A stretch of DNA of 64,000 nt, taken from contig CAVQQD010000003.1 of assembly GCA_963714975.1 (NCBI GenBank), positions 224,001 to 288,000 on the forward strand. The letters are read 5' to 3'. Source of the stretch: an uncultured Gammaproteobacteria bacterium. Its GTDB lineage: Bacteria > Pseudomonadota > Gammaproteobacteria > JAURND01. Made by a program: the position numbers and the translations under genes. Below the pieces are notes generated by a model, which worked only from the letters and a program-made list of their open reading frames with translations, was not told where the DNA came from and ran no database searches. Of the stretch, positions 20,552 to 37,952 are shown piece after piece; within the stretch, counting starts at the first letter, position 1; every line of letters begins with the position of its first letter.

Positions 20552-20821
20552 ATGTCACTCTCAGCTGACGAAAAGAGCAATATTATTGAACAATATCAAC
20601 TTGTTGCGGGCGATACGGGTTCGCCTGAAGTACAAACTGCCTTGCTAACTCACCGCATTAACAAGTTGACTACGCACTTTAAGTTTCATATTAAAGACCA
20701 TCATTCTCGTCGTGGCTTATTACGAATGGTCAGTTTAAGACGGAAACTTTTAGATTATTTAAAATCGATAGATATACAGCGATATCGACAATTAGTTGAG
20801 CGCTTAAAAATTCGTTATTAA
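20552..20821 (+). CDS. rpsO: 30S ribosomal protein S15
   Basis: [18 protein letters not shown]. Confidence 0.98.
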   Translation: MSLSADEKSNIIEQYQLVAGDTGSPEVQTALLTHRINKLTTHFKFHIKDHHSRRGLLRMVSLRRKLLDYLKSIDIQRYRQLVERLKIRY

Positions 20822-20830
20822 CGTAACTTT

Positions 20831-20878
20831 CCAGTGTCATCCCGAGCGAGATGTCATCTCGCTCGGGATGACAGCTGG
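20831..20878. repeat. Short TGTCATCCCGAGCG palindrome between rpsO and pnp
   Basis: TGTCATCCCGAGCGAGATG-T-CATCTCGCTCGGGATGACA perfect hairpin; same terminus as the purL element. Confidence 0.85.
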
Positions 20879-20911
20879 GCCGCAGTCTAAAAAAATTAAA
20901 TAAGGTTTATT

Positions 20912-22999
20912 GTGTTAGGAAAAAGCAAAACATTTAAATACGGTGATTCACAAGTCACTATTGAAACTGGCGCAATTGCGCGACAAGCCTCTGGTTCAGT
21001 GTTAGTGCGGATGGGAGATACAGTAGTTTTAGTGGCAGTTGTTGGCGTTCCATCGCCAGAAGCAGGTAGAGATTTTTTCCCACTCACAGTCCATTATCAA
21101 GAACGTACTTATGCAGCAGGTAAGATTCCGGGTGGCTATTTTAAACGTGAAGGTAGACCTTCAGAACGAGAAACGCTGATCTCCCGTCTTATTGATCGGC
21201 CATTGCGTCCTTTGTTCCCAGCCGACTTTACCGATGAGGTGCAAGTGGTTGCTACTGTCCTTTCCTTGGATCCGAAAGTTGACGCCGATATTCCCGCTAT
21301 TATTGGTGCTTCTGCTGCAGTGTATCTTACCGGAATGCCTTTTCAGGGTCCCATTGCTGCAGCGCGTGTCGGCTATAAAGATGGTGTTTACTTATTAAAT
21401 CCAACTATCAAAAGCATAGAAGATTCTAGTTTAGACTTGGTTGTTGCTGGCACCAAAGCTGCCGTATTGATGGTAGAGTCAGAAGCGAAGGAATTGTCGG
21501 AAGAAGTCATGCTAGGTGCGGTGTTGTTTGGACATGAGCAAATGCAAGTAGTGATTGATGCTATCTTGTCCTTAGCTGAGGATGCTGGCAGACCGAGCTG
21601 GTCCTGGACTCCGAAAGCTACTGATGCGCAGTTAGAACAGCAGGTGCGCGAATTAGCTCAAGACAAAGTTCGAACTGCTTATCAAGTTCGAGAAAAACTA
21701 GCACGCAGAGCGCAGATTGTCCAAGTGGCTGAGGAAGTAGTAAAAACTCTATGTGGCGACGCAGAGAGTGCTGCTCCTAAACCAGAAGAGGTTAGAAAAC
21801 TCTTAGGGGCCATAGAGGAATATGTGGTGCGCCATGATATTCTTGAGGGCAGACCTCGCATCGATGGTCGTGATAATAAAACGGTCCGTCCGATTACTAT
21901 TCAAGCAGCAATATTGCCTCGTACCCATGGCTCGGTATTATTTACTCGTGGTGAGACGCAGGCACTTGTTGTGGCTACTTTGGGGACAGAGCGTGATTCT
22001 CAGGTGATCGATGATTTAAGTGGCGAGCGTAAAGAACCCTTTATGCTGCATTACAATTTTCCGCCTTACTCGGTCGGGGAAGTGGGGATGGTAGGTTCAC
22101 CCAAGCGACGTGAAATTGGCCATGGGCGGTTAGCGAAGCGTGCTCTTCAAGCCATGATTCCCCCTCTCACGGAGTTTCCTTATGTGCTGCGTGTCGTTTC
22201 CGAAATCACAGAATCTAATGGTTCAAGTTCTATGGCCACGGTTTGCGGTGCTAGCTTAGCCTTGATGGATGCTGGTGTGCCTGTTAAAGCCCCTGTAGCC
22301 GGGATTGCCATGGGCTTAATTAAAGAAGGCGAGCGATTTGCTGTCATTAGCGATATTCTGGGTGATGAAGATCATTTAGGCGATATGGATTTCAAAGTGG
22401 CAGGGACTATTAATGGGATTACCGCCCTGCAAATGGACATCAAGATTCAGGGCATTACTCCAGAAATCATGCGTCATGCTTTAGCACAAGCGAAGGAAGG
22501 GCGTCTGCATATCTTACAGATCATGGATCAAACTCTGGCTGCGTCACGTCCTGAAATTTCTTCCTTTGCTCCGCGTATTACCACCATCCGCATCAATCCA
22601 GATAAAATTCGCGATGTCATTGGTAAGGGGGGAGTCACCATTCGCGAACTTACCGAAGCCACTGGAACGGTCATTGATATTAGTGATGATGGGGTGGTTA
22701 AAATTGCTGCGGTCGATCATGAAGCTGCTGAAGAGGCCCGTCGGCGGATTGATTTGATTGTCGCCGAAGTTGAGCTGGGTGCACTGTATGAGGGTACCGT
22801 GGTGAAGATCATGGACTTTGGGGCGTTTGTCGCGATCTTACCGAACAAACAAGGTCTAGTACATATTTCACAGATTTGTCACGAGCGGGTGGCTAATGTG
22901 GCAGATAAGTTGCAAGAAGGACAAGTAGTCCGTGTCAAAGTACTAGAAATTGATCGCCAAGGTCGAATTCGCCTGAGCATGAAAGAAGCCCATGCTTAA
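20912..22999 (+). CDS. pnp: Polyribonucleotide nucleotidyltransferase
   Basis: [28 protein letters not shown] and S1 domains. Confidence 0.98.
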   Translation: MLGKSKTFKYGDSQVTIETGAIARQASGSVLVRMGDTVVLVAVVGVPSPEAGRDFFPLTVHYQERTYAAGKIPGGYFKREGRPSERETLISRLIDRPLRPLFPADFTDEVQVVATVLSLDPKVDADIPAIIGASAAVYLTGMPFQGPIAAARVGYKDGVYLLNPTIKSIEDSSLDLVVAGTKAAVLMVESEAKELSEEVMLGAVLFGHEQMQVVIDAILSLAEDAGRPSWSWTPKATDAQLEQQVRELAQDKVRTAYQVREKLARRAQIVQVAEEVVKTLCGDAESAAPKPEEVRKLLGAIEEYVVRHDILEGRPRIDGRDNKTVRPITIQAAILPRTHGSVLFTRGETQALVVATLGTERDSQVIDDLSGERKEPFMLHYNFPPYSVGEVGMVGSPKRREIGHGRLAKRALQAMIPPLTEFPYVLRVVSEITESNGSSSMATVCGASLALMDAGVPVKAPVAGIAMGLIKEGERFAVISDILGDEDHLGDMDFKVAGTINGITALQMDIKIQGITPEIMRHALAQAKEGRLHILQIMDQTLAASRPEISSFAPRITTIRINPDKIRDVIGKGGVTIRELTEATGTVIDISDDGVVKIAAVDHEAAEEARRRIDLIVAEVELGALYEGTVVKIMDFGAFVAILPNKQGLVHISQICHERVANVADKLQEGQVVRVKVLEIDRQGRIRLSMKEAHA

Positions 23000-23006
23000 C
23001 CCATCC

Positions 23007-23179
23007 CTCTTCTCCCCTTGTGGGAGAAGGTGCCCGAAAGGGCGGATGAGGGGTAAACTTGAAATCAGCAAAGAGCATTTTATTAGTTAAATGCTAACTG
23101 CTGCTTACCCTCACCCGCGCGCCTTACGGCGCGGCGGCCTCTCCCACAAGGGGAGAGGCAAAATCGTGGTGATGGTTAC
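23007..23179 (-). mobile_element. MITE, copy C (one end truncated)
   Basis: Reverse complement of copies A and D; ends GGTGATGGTTAC. Confidence 0.85.
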
Positions 23180-23407
23180 AAAAAATTATTCTTGCTTTTT
23201 AGTAAAATTTACTTATACTATCGGTAATTTTATTAAATAAGTGAGATTCTATGCTAGCTCCCCACAACCAAAACAATTCCTATTGTGAACGGCGAGTATA
23301 TCTCCTAAAGCTCGATGATACTCAATTGCCCCTAATTCCCTTTTCCAAAGGAGAGTAGGTAACAGGTGGGGTGATCTCCACAGTCTTTTTCAAAGAGGAT
23401 TTCCTAG

Positions 23408-24616
23408 ATGTCAACAGAAACACAGTACGAGCATAAACCTCATATAACGCAAGATAGATTCTTTGAATATTATCAGTTCGATGAAAACGCAGAAAATCGC
23501 TCCCTGGTCAAGTTGCATTTGAATCTCCAAAATGAAGCTTATTTACAGCACAGAGAAAAGATATGTCAGATCCTAAATGAATTAAATGCAAAACATAGTG
23601 GGTTGGAAGAGCGGCCCATTTTGTGGGGATTTGGTTCTCAGTTACCTCCCGATCAAAAGGCAGTGAAGAGCCTAGCGGTAGATCAGCAATATCTTCAGTA
23701 TTGGGAAGCAGTGGCGCAGGGAAAGAAAGAAGATGCTTTGGCAATAGCTCAGAAAATTGATTTTTCTACTCTTGGAAAGCTAAAACAAAAGTATCATGGG
23801 GCATATCTAACGACCGACAACCTAGCAGCTCAGGTGTACATTAATCGCTTTAGGACACTTATAAAACGCCATTCTGCGAAAAATCGCAAGCAAATTACCT
23901 TATACCTTTGCGAACCTATAACAGGCCAAGGTAAGCATTTACTTAATGAGAACGAACAAAGACGTCAGGATAAACTTGTGGTATTGCTTAAGGAGCTTAA
24001 TGGCAAATTGCATGACTTGCATATTACGGCTGGTGTGTGTTCGAAGAAAGATTCTCTCATTAATCCCTTTATTTCTTATCACGAAAAAATGGCACTTAGG
24101 GATAACGCTACAAATAGTAGGCATTCTTATTCTCTCCCCCAAAAGCTACATAAACACTCCAAACTTCTTGAAAACTTAGAACAAAATTTAAGTTCAGCTA
24201 GCTCAGGGTCAGAAGCAAAGAAGACCGCTTCAGAGGATTTTTCTGATATGACTAGAGTATCCTTTTTTAAAGCAGCCGCATCAGTAATTAATAACTTTGC
24301 TTTTACAGAAAAAACTACTACAAGAGCCAGAAATGCTCAAGGGGCATTGATAGCAGCAGCAATGGTTACAAAATATGTAATCATACCTGCCTGTGTAGTT
24401 TATGCAGCTTTTGCAATTACAGATCGCATTAAAGGTTCTGATTATATTTCCACGTTCCATGAGTAGTCTGCGAGTGATGCTCTTGAGATTGCTTTAATTG
24501 CATGTTCAGTTGTGACAGTGTTAATGTCTCTTTATAGTTTTTTAGTCGCTACTCAAGAGAAACGCGTAGAACTACAAGAAGGAATGATGAGTGATTTTAC
24601 ACCAAGAAATGGATAA
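23408..24616 (+). CDS. Candidate effector, OspF/SpvC phosphothreonine-lyase-like; in-frame TAG at 24464
   Basis: KLH, QITLY, GVCSKKD and ISY motifs. The frame continues 49 codons past the TAG, giving a second TM helix and tail, to TAA at 24616. Confidence 0.55.
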
Positions 24617-24825
24617 TTGCCTACAACGCACGTTATTGGCTATTATATTGACCAAATGTTATCCATTAAATGTTGGATGAACTATAAAGGTTTCCTTGAA
24701 ACTATTCTCTGCATTTGACATACTTTCCTAACGTTTTTACTTAATTGGAGAAGCACAAAAGGGCACTTACGTAGAATTAGTTGCGTGAGTGTAATTTACC
24801 TTGATGCAAAGTTACGGTATTTCCA

Positions 24826-26498
24826 ATGCAATTACCTATTGGCTATGAAGATTTCAGTGAAGTTATTGAGAGTAAGCTTGTGTTCGTTGATAAGAGCTTA
24901 TTTATCCAAGAAATTTTGGATGAAATTGCAACCAAAGTCATTGTAATCACTCGCCCACGCCGTTTTGGGAAAACCCTAAATTTATCTATGCTACGTTATT
25001 TTTTGGCGATAGAAGCCTATGGGGGGAAAGCAGCTAATCTGTTTAATGACTTGAAAATTGCTGCTTTGGGAGAAAAATATCTGCAGCATCAAGGAAAGTA
25101 TCCCGTTATTTTTATCACCTTTAAAGGAGTTAGAGATCATTCCTTTCAACATTCACTAGAAAAATTAAGTTTGCTGTTAGCTAACGTATACAATGAGCAT
25201 TCTTACCTGTTACATAGTCCCCACTTAGACACTGTAGATAAACAATTTATCACCCTCATACGGAAAAGGACTTTGGAACAATCCGTGTTGGAAGAAGCGT
25301 TACATCGCTTGACGTATTATTTATTTAAGCACTATAACACTAAAGTTTGGCTCTTGGTTGATGAGTACGATACCCCTATGCAATCGGCTTTTCTACATGA
25401 TTATTATGAGGATATGGCCAATTTGATTAGGGGACTTTTTGCTGCAGCATTAAAAACTAATCCTTATTTAGAGAGGGCGGTAATTACCGGTATTTTACGC
25501 ATTGCGAAAGAAAGTTTGTTTTCTGGATTAAATAACATCAAGGTTTACTCATTGTTGCATTCGAAGTTTGGTGAATACTTTGGATTTACTGGACAAGAAA
25601 TCACTGATTTATTAACTAAGGCTCAGTTGACTTCGCAAGCCGATGCGATCCAACATTGGTACAATGGTTACTCAATAGGTGATAGGGTGATCTACAATCC
25701 GTGGTCGATTGCTAATTGTATAAATGAAAATGGCGCATTGCAGCCTTATTGGGTGAATACCAGCAGCAATGACTTAATTAAACATCTATTGGCTCAGGGG
25801 GATAAGCAATTAAAAGAAAATTTAGCTTTATTATTAGAGCATAAACCCATAGAAACGACAGTGGATGAAAATATGGTATTTGGCAATTTAGAGCAAGACC
25901 AACATGCCCTATGGAGTTTATTGTTATTTAGTGGTTATTTAAAAGTAATTGACCTCAAACGAGATGACACTTATATCAAAGCTCGATTGGTTCCGCCAAA
26001 TTATGAAGTGTATTTGCTCTACCGCAGCGTTATTCGAGATTGGTTTACTGAGCCCTTGGGCAAAGGCAATTACGAATCTTTTTAAACAGCCTGACCCGTG
26101 GCGATGTGGAAGAATTTACCTGGCGATTACAGGATTCTCTGCAAGATATGCTCAGTATTTTTGATGTCACTGGCTTACATCCTGAGAAATTTTATCATGG
26201 CTTTGTCTTGGGAATGATGGTTAGCTTACGAGAGACTCATGAAATTCAATCTAATAAGGAAAGTGGTTATGGGCGTTATGATGTGATGCTAATTCCTAAA
26301 GATCCCTCGCAATTGGGCATTGTGTTAGAGTTTAAAACGGTTCGTGAGGAGAATATTCCGCTGGCAGACGGGGCTCAAGAAGCACTGGCGCAAATCATCA
26401 AGCGGAATTACGCCCAAGTTTTGCGTAGCAAAGGAATTCAACAGATCCTGCAATTGGGATTAGCTTTTCGCCATAAAGAGGTTGCAGTGGCTCATTAA
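24826..26498 (+). pseudogene. AAA-ATPase/PD-(D/E)XK paralogue 2, frameshifted at ~26080 (possible sequencing error)
   Basis: Adding one T to TCTTTTTAAAC gives ESFLNSLTRGDVEEF, collinear with paralogue 3. Confidence 0.8.
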
Positions 26499-26514
26499 GA
26501 CGAGGACGACGCTT

Positions 26515-28686
26515 TTATCCCAATTCAAAATCAATTTCTCGATTGTCCAAATCAACTCGGGCCACTAAGACGCGGATGTGGTCTCCGATGCGGTAGGTGA
26601 CGCGAGTGCGTTTGCCGATTAAAGCATGTTTGGCAGGATCAAAGTGATAGTAGTCACTTTTCAGCGCAGTTATGTGCACCAGACCTTCGGCATAAATTCC
26701 TTCCAGTTGCACAAACACCCCAAAACCAGTGACCGCGCTAATAATGCCCTCAAACTTTTGGCCGAGTTTATCTTGCATATAGTGGCACTTTAACCAATCA
26801 GTAGCATCCCGGGTCGCTTCATCGGCGCGGCGTTCGCTCATTGAGCAATGCTCACCCTGTTCTTCCATTGCTTTTAGAGTATAGGGAAACTGACCCTTTT
26901 TCTTGCCCTTGGTCTTAATCAAATGGCGTACCGCGCGGTGGACCAGCAGGTCTGGGTAACGGCGAATCGGGGAGGTAAAATGGGTGTAAGTTTCGTAAGC
27001 CAAACCAAAATGGCCTGCTTTACTGGGGGAATAAATGGCTTGCATCAAAGAGCGTAATAATACCGTTCCAATCAAATGTTCATCGGGTCGGCCATGAATG
27101 CGCTGCAGAATTTTATAATAGTCTTTGGGAGAAGGCTTATTACCCCCGCTTAAACGCAGGCCAAAGCCTTTAAGAAAATCGTGGAGTTGTTGAATTTTAT
27201 CGGGATTGGGGCCTTCATGCACTCGATATAAAATCGGTAGTTTATGCTTTATGTAAAAACTGCGCGGTGGCGACGTTGGCAATGAGCATACATTCTTCAA
27301 TAATGCGATGTGCCTCAGTGCGAACCACGGGCACAATTTCTTTGATTTTTTTATTTTTGCCAAAGATGATGCGAGTTTCAGTGGTTTCAAATTCCAATGC
27401 GCCGCGCTTTTGTCGTTGAGCAAGCAGCTTGTGATACAGGGCTTGCAGATGCTGCAGGTGGGGTAATAGATGCAGCTTGAGTTTTTTTCTTGCCTTCTAA
27501 TAAAGCAGAGACCTCGGTATAAGTTAATCTGGCCTGGGAGCGCATCACAGCCTTCATAAAATTTCGCATTTACCAGCGTACCATTCTTATTAATGTTCAT
27601 CTCACAAACCATGCATAGGCGATCGACATGGGGTTTCAGTGAACATAATTCATTGGAGAGTATTTCTGGTAACATCGGGATCACGCGGCCCGGGAAAATA
27701 AACCGAATTGCCGCGATTGGCGGCTTCTAGATCGAGAGCTGAATTCTGGTTTGCACATAGTAACTGACATCAGCAATGGCGACAATCAAACGCCAGCCAT
27801 CTTTAGGTCGCGGTTCGCAATAAACCGCATCATCAAAATCTTTGGCATCTTCGCCATCAATGGTGACCAAGGGCAAATGGCGCAAATCTACTCGATCTTG
27901 CTGGCTTGTTTCTGGGATTTCCCCGCTCCAGTGCGACACCTCCTCTTGGACTGTCTCTGGCCAATGATGTGGCAGACCATAGGAACGAAGAGCTACTTCA
28001 ATTTCCATTCCCGGCGAAAGATGATCACCCAATATTTCTACAATGTGGCCTGTGGCTTGTCGGCGTGGTGTGGGCTGGGTAGAAATTTGTACCATCACGA
28101 TTTGACCATGCTTAGCGCCAGCCTCCTCCCCCGGGGGAATCAGAATATCTTGAGTAATTTGTTTATGATTCGGTTGGACAAAAGCGATGTTTTTTTCCTT
28201 AAAATAGCGACCCACTAATTCTGTGGTATGGCGTTCTAAAATTTCAACGACCACACCTTCGCGTTTGCCGCGGAAGCCTCCTTCGGTGCTACGTGCCAGG
28301 ACAATATCACCAGGAAATAAAGAGCGCATTTGATAAGGCGCCAAATACAGGTCGCCACTATTGTCATCGGGAATTAAAAATCCGAAGCCATCTTTATGTC
28401 CAATCACGCGACCGCGGACTAATTCCAGTTGCGCTACTACGGCATATTTACCGCGCCGATTACGCATTAATTGCCCATTTCGCTCCATAGCAATTAACCG
28501 TCGCCGCAAGGCGTCTTGCGTATTTTCGGTGTCTAAACCAAACATCTCAATCACCTGTTCCGGATATACCGGATGCCCGAGGCTATTTAGACATTGCAGA
28601 ATATATTCCCGACTAGGAATAGGCTCTGGATATTTTTCTGCCTCGCGAGCGTAGTAGGGGTCTTGTTGTTGATAATCTTGAAACAC
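26515..28686 (-). CDS. rnr: Ribonuclease R; several single-base frameshifts at ~27250-27750
   Basis: GHKDGFGF, TIDGEDAKDFDDA, HFTSPIRRYPD and an S1 domain, spread across three frames. Confidence 0.9.
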
Positions 28687-28797
28687 GCGGTTGTGCTCTT
28701 CCCTTGATTGAAGGTTAATAATTTATAACCCAGTGTGTACCCTATTTACTGCTGAGCTGTCAAGGTTCCTTGCAAAATCGGCCGCTTTACCTACGGC

Positions 28798-31700
28798 CTA
28801 GATCGCGCCAAGCTCAGGCGACGCTGCTTGTTGTTGCAGCAAAGGATTTTCGGGTGTTTGGTCCGCTATTTTATTCTCTTTGCTAGGAAGATATTTATAA
28901 GCAAGCAAGCCCGCTGCGATGCTAAGCAAAACAAAAGCTACCGGATAAACAACAGAGCTGCTAGTAAGAATATCCAGAGTATTTGCATGATCAAAATCAG
29001 GGACTCGGCTTAGGTAATCCCATCCTGCTTTGTAACCGCCTATATCAAGTGCCATCAATATAAGGATAGAGAAGGCTCCAGCTGACCCGCTTGCTATTGC
29101 TCCTATAGCAGCCGCATCTTGGATCGCAGGTCGTGGAGTAAAAAAGCTAATCGCCTTTTGACATAAATTATTTTGCTCGACTATTGGCTCGGCGGGTTTC
29201 TTATCAGAAGAACTTGTATGCGCTGGTTGTTCTGGGAGCAGTGGCTTCAGTATATCCTCGTGTTCAGGGGTGGTTGGAGCTGGGGAAAATTTTTCTGGAG
29301 GGTTTGCAAGATGCTTCATTTCATTTGCATTACCTTCCTCCTTCTTAGGAGTTATTACCGTCTTAGGAATTATTTCGGTGAATTGGAATGATCCTTGATT
29401 GAATTTCCCCCGAGTTATTTTATCTTTCCTAAAGTCTAAGTACTCCCCTGGGTCCTGTATATTTGGTGAGAATGAGAGTAGAGGATTTGAAGAGGAATTT
29501 TTCGGTAATAGCAGCGTTATTCCTGAATTGCCCTTGGCATAATGGTGGCCAGCTCCCTCAGCATCGATCATATAAGCCTGGTCAAGATCTGCCGTTAGCT
29601 GGAAATAAGTTAGAAATCGATGCATCGCCCCTAAGTCAGTAAAACGGAGGCGCAGTTCCTTATCCTCTTGAACTGAAATGCCGTCCAGACCTACGTGTGC
29701 TTTGAAGTCATTGAGGGCTTGCTGATCTAGGAAGGCCAATGCCAGCTGCTTGTCCTGGGTAATGTACAAGGTGGCATTTAGCTGCGCAGGTGGGTAAAGT
29801 GAAGTATAGGCTGGTTTAGGCTGGAATTCGTTAGTTGTTGCAGTTTTTGATTCGGATGGCTTAATGCTGTTTTCTAAATCCTCCCTAAGCTTGTCTATTT
29901 CCTCCACCGAATTCAAAGTAGTAAGCTTTTGTAAAGCAGTCTGGACTTCTTGCCTCTTACCCTTTGTCCAGGCGGAATCACCAGCATTGAAGAACTGAAA
30001 ATAACTATACAGCAAATCATACTGCTGGGTTGTTGGTTCGGTCTTAAGAATTGCCCTAATTGTGCCAAGCACTTTAGATTGGACATTTGGATTCTGGAAA
30101 ACCGAAGCAGCATTCTTATTAAAGATTCTTTTAATGGTGTCGGCAATATCAGCGGCAGTTTTGGCTGCACTATGGGTTTTTGTCGCCCCCTTGGCCCAGT
30201 TCCAAACCTCCGGCCAAGTAATGTGGTTCAGGGGTTGCTTTTCATCAGTCGGGGACTTAATTTTTAAAGCAGCCGCCTCGATCCACGTATAGCCTGACTC
30301 TGCATTTACTGGTACTGGGCCAGCAAAAATGTGTGGCAATTGCGCGGTCAGCACTCTATTCAATCCTTCCCCTACAGTCTGATAAAGATAATAGGCTCTA
30401 CAGTTTGATTGGGCCTGATTGTACTGCGAATAGCGACTTGCAGGAGTTTTAGCGCTGGTTTTTGTGTCCCTCGGGCCACTTTGATTATTCTGTTTCGGCA
30501 AATTAATGAAGTTCCCTTGAGCATTTGCCACTGCGAAATTGTTATCAGGTCTAAAAATATATCTATTTTGTCGGATGGCCTCAGACCAGCTATTGTGGAC
30601 AAGAGGCCTAAATGCGCCTGGAATTCTTTCTCCAGGTTGAGCAAGTAAATAACTGCCCGGCAAGCCAGAGATTTTTTCCAAACTATCACAATCCCGGGTT
30701 TTTGCCGGGTCGTCAGATGCGGTATAATGATCGCGCGCCACAGTATTATCTATTACCGTATCAGGCTCTTGTTGTCGCGTTTCCGCCGTAGATAGTTCAG
30801 CTCCAGGCAAAGCAATAGTGTCAGCGGCCACGGCTGCAGCAAAGGTATGAGTTTGGTTGAAGTTAATATCAGGAGAAGATTTGAGAAAATTGAAGGGATC
30901 ACTGCTGCTAGCGTTCTGCAATAAATTAGTATAGTCGTCTAAGGTAGATAAAGGACCAAAACGCTTACTCTTGCTGGAAAAAGTATATAACCTATTAGAT
31001 GACTTATCTCCATGTGAGAAGTCTTCGTAATATGTTTGTCTGTCGTCATCCCAAAAATCTACCACCACATCTACTTGAGAGAAGTTACCTCCTTGCTCTC
31101 GCATCAGCCTCCTAAAGGCCGGCTCTAAGTAATATTTTTTGAGAGTATCGGGAGCAAATTTTCCTGCGAAATAGCCTGTGCCAAAGGCGGGTAGGACAAA
31201 CAATACTCTTTTCTTTGTTTGGGCAGCTTGCTGTTGTAATAATTTTAATGCAGGTAATAACTTTTCTTTGTAGCCTTGATAAAATGCCGTGAAATTTATT
31301 TCATCGTGATCAGGCTGTCCTATTACTTTCTTTCTGGTGGTCATTGCTTGTAAATCAGGGGTGCGATCAAGCTCACTAGCAAATAAATGGCCAGAGAGAT
31401 ACACCATGGTAGCTTGGAAAGGATTTTTGTGGCGCTTTGAACAATCTCGACCACGTCCGCCTGAGCCATACACAGTACAGTTTGGAACCACTAAGGTGAT
31501 GCGGCTCAAAAGGTCTAGTTCTGGAGCATTCCAGTTATCGCCCAACACTAAGGCATTTTCTGCTACCACATTAGGACGTCTTGTGCTTGAAAGGATGCCG
31601 AGAAATTTCGTTGGGGGTAGAGTTTTTATATATTGCTCGAATGTTGGAATCAACTCCCGATTCTGAGATTGCAGCCACTTTGTTCGGGCTTGCCAACCAC

Positions 31701-31986
31701 CAAATGGATAGAGTTTTGGATCATTTGAGATTAAAGCATCAGCCTGCTCGCGATTTTCGTGCTCTGGAGAATTTTTTAAAAAATTATGCGTGAGTGCCGT
31801 GAGAAAATCCCCACCCACTTGACTAAAGTCTTGACGTTGAATTGCATCGACAACTACTTGTTGGTAATCAAGAACTGCTTGGACTACTCCACCCATCCCA
31901 TCATCTCCCCCGTCAAGTAGGGCATAGAATGCTATAGGACTGTTATTGGAAAATTTTTTTGCTTCAAAAATGCTTGCTGCAGACAT
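28798..31986 (-). CDS. Candidate effector with MavL/Larg1-like macrodomain and C-terminal two-TM anchor
   Basis: WNAPELDLL, TPDL, KLLP, LPAFGTGYFAG, VAADTIALPG, SDD motifs; upstream PmrA-like box. Confidence 0.65.
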   Translation of the reverse strand: MSAASIFEAKKFSNNSPIAFYALLDGGDDGMGGVVQAVLDYQQVVVDAIQRQDFSQVGGDFLTALTHNFLKNSPEHENREQADALISNDPKLYPFGGWQARTKWLQSQNRELIPTFEQYIKTLPPTKFLGILSSTRRPNVVAENALVLGDNWNAPELDLLSRITLVVPNCTVYGSGGRGRDCSKRHKNPFQATMVYLSGHLFASELDRTPDLQAMTTRKKVIGQPDHDEINFTAFYQGYKEKLLPALKLLQQQAAQTKKRVLFVLPAFGTGYFAGKFAPDTLKKYYLEPAFRRLMREQGGNFSQVDVVVDFWDDDRQTYYEDFSHGDKSSNRLYTFSSKSKRFGPLSTLDDYTNLLQNASSSDPFNFLKSSPDINFNQTHTFAAAVAADTIALPGAELSTAETRQQEPDTVIDNTVARDHYTASDDPAKTRDCDSLEKISGLPGSYLLAQPGERIPGAFRPLVHNSWSEAIRQNRYIFRPDNNFAVANAQGNFINLPKQNNQSGPRDTKTSAKTPASRYSQYNQAQSNCRAYYLYQTVGEGLNRVLTAQLPHIFAGPVPVNAESGYTWIEAAALKIKSPTDEKQPLNHITWPEVWNWAKGATKTHSAAKTAADIADTIKRIFNKNAASVFQNPNVQSKVLGTIRAILKTEPTTQQYDLLYSYFQFFNAGDSAWTKGKRQEVQTALQKLTTLNSVEEIDKLREDLENSIKPSESKTATTNEFQPKPAYTSLYPPAQLNATLYITQDKQLALAFLDQQALNDFKAHVGLDGISVQEDKELRLRFTDLGAMHRFLTYFQLTADLDQAYMIDAEGAGHHYAKGNSGITLLLPKNSSSNPLLSFSPNIQDPGEYLDFRKDKITRGKFNQGSFQFTEIIPKTVITPKKEEGNANEMKHLANPPEKFSPAPTTPEHEDILKPLLPEQPAHTSSSDKKPAEPIVEQNNLCQKAISFFTPRPAIQDAAAIGAIASGSAGAFSILILMALDIGGYKAGWDYLSRVPDFDHANTLDILTSSSVVYPVAFVLLSIAAGLLAYKYLPSKENKIADQTPENPLLQQQAASPELGAI

Positions 31987-32032
31987 AAGGTTGCTCTCTG
32001 GCTTGGTGGAATACTTATCGATTTAATTAGGG

Positions 32033-32065
32033 ATTATAGCCTTGAATTCTTAAAATAGTTTTAAA
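32033..32065 (-). promoter_or_regulatory. PmrA-like box plus -10 element
   Basis: Minus strand TTTAAAACT-AT-TTTAAGAAT-7nt-TATAAT. Confidence 0.6.
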
Positions 32066-32170
32066 GGTTAAAAATCTAGCTTAGCGTACCTGGGCTGATA
32101 TGGCAACGCGCACTTTCTAGTTCACCAGGATGTGCAAGATTCGCTTCGTGCGCCGTAGATCCCGGCATCC

Positions 32171-37947
<5,777 letters not shown>

Positions 37948-37952
37948 AAGAT

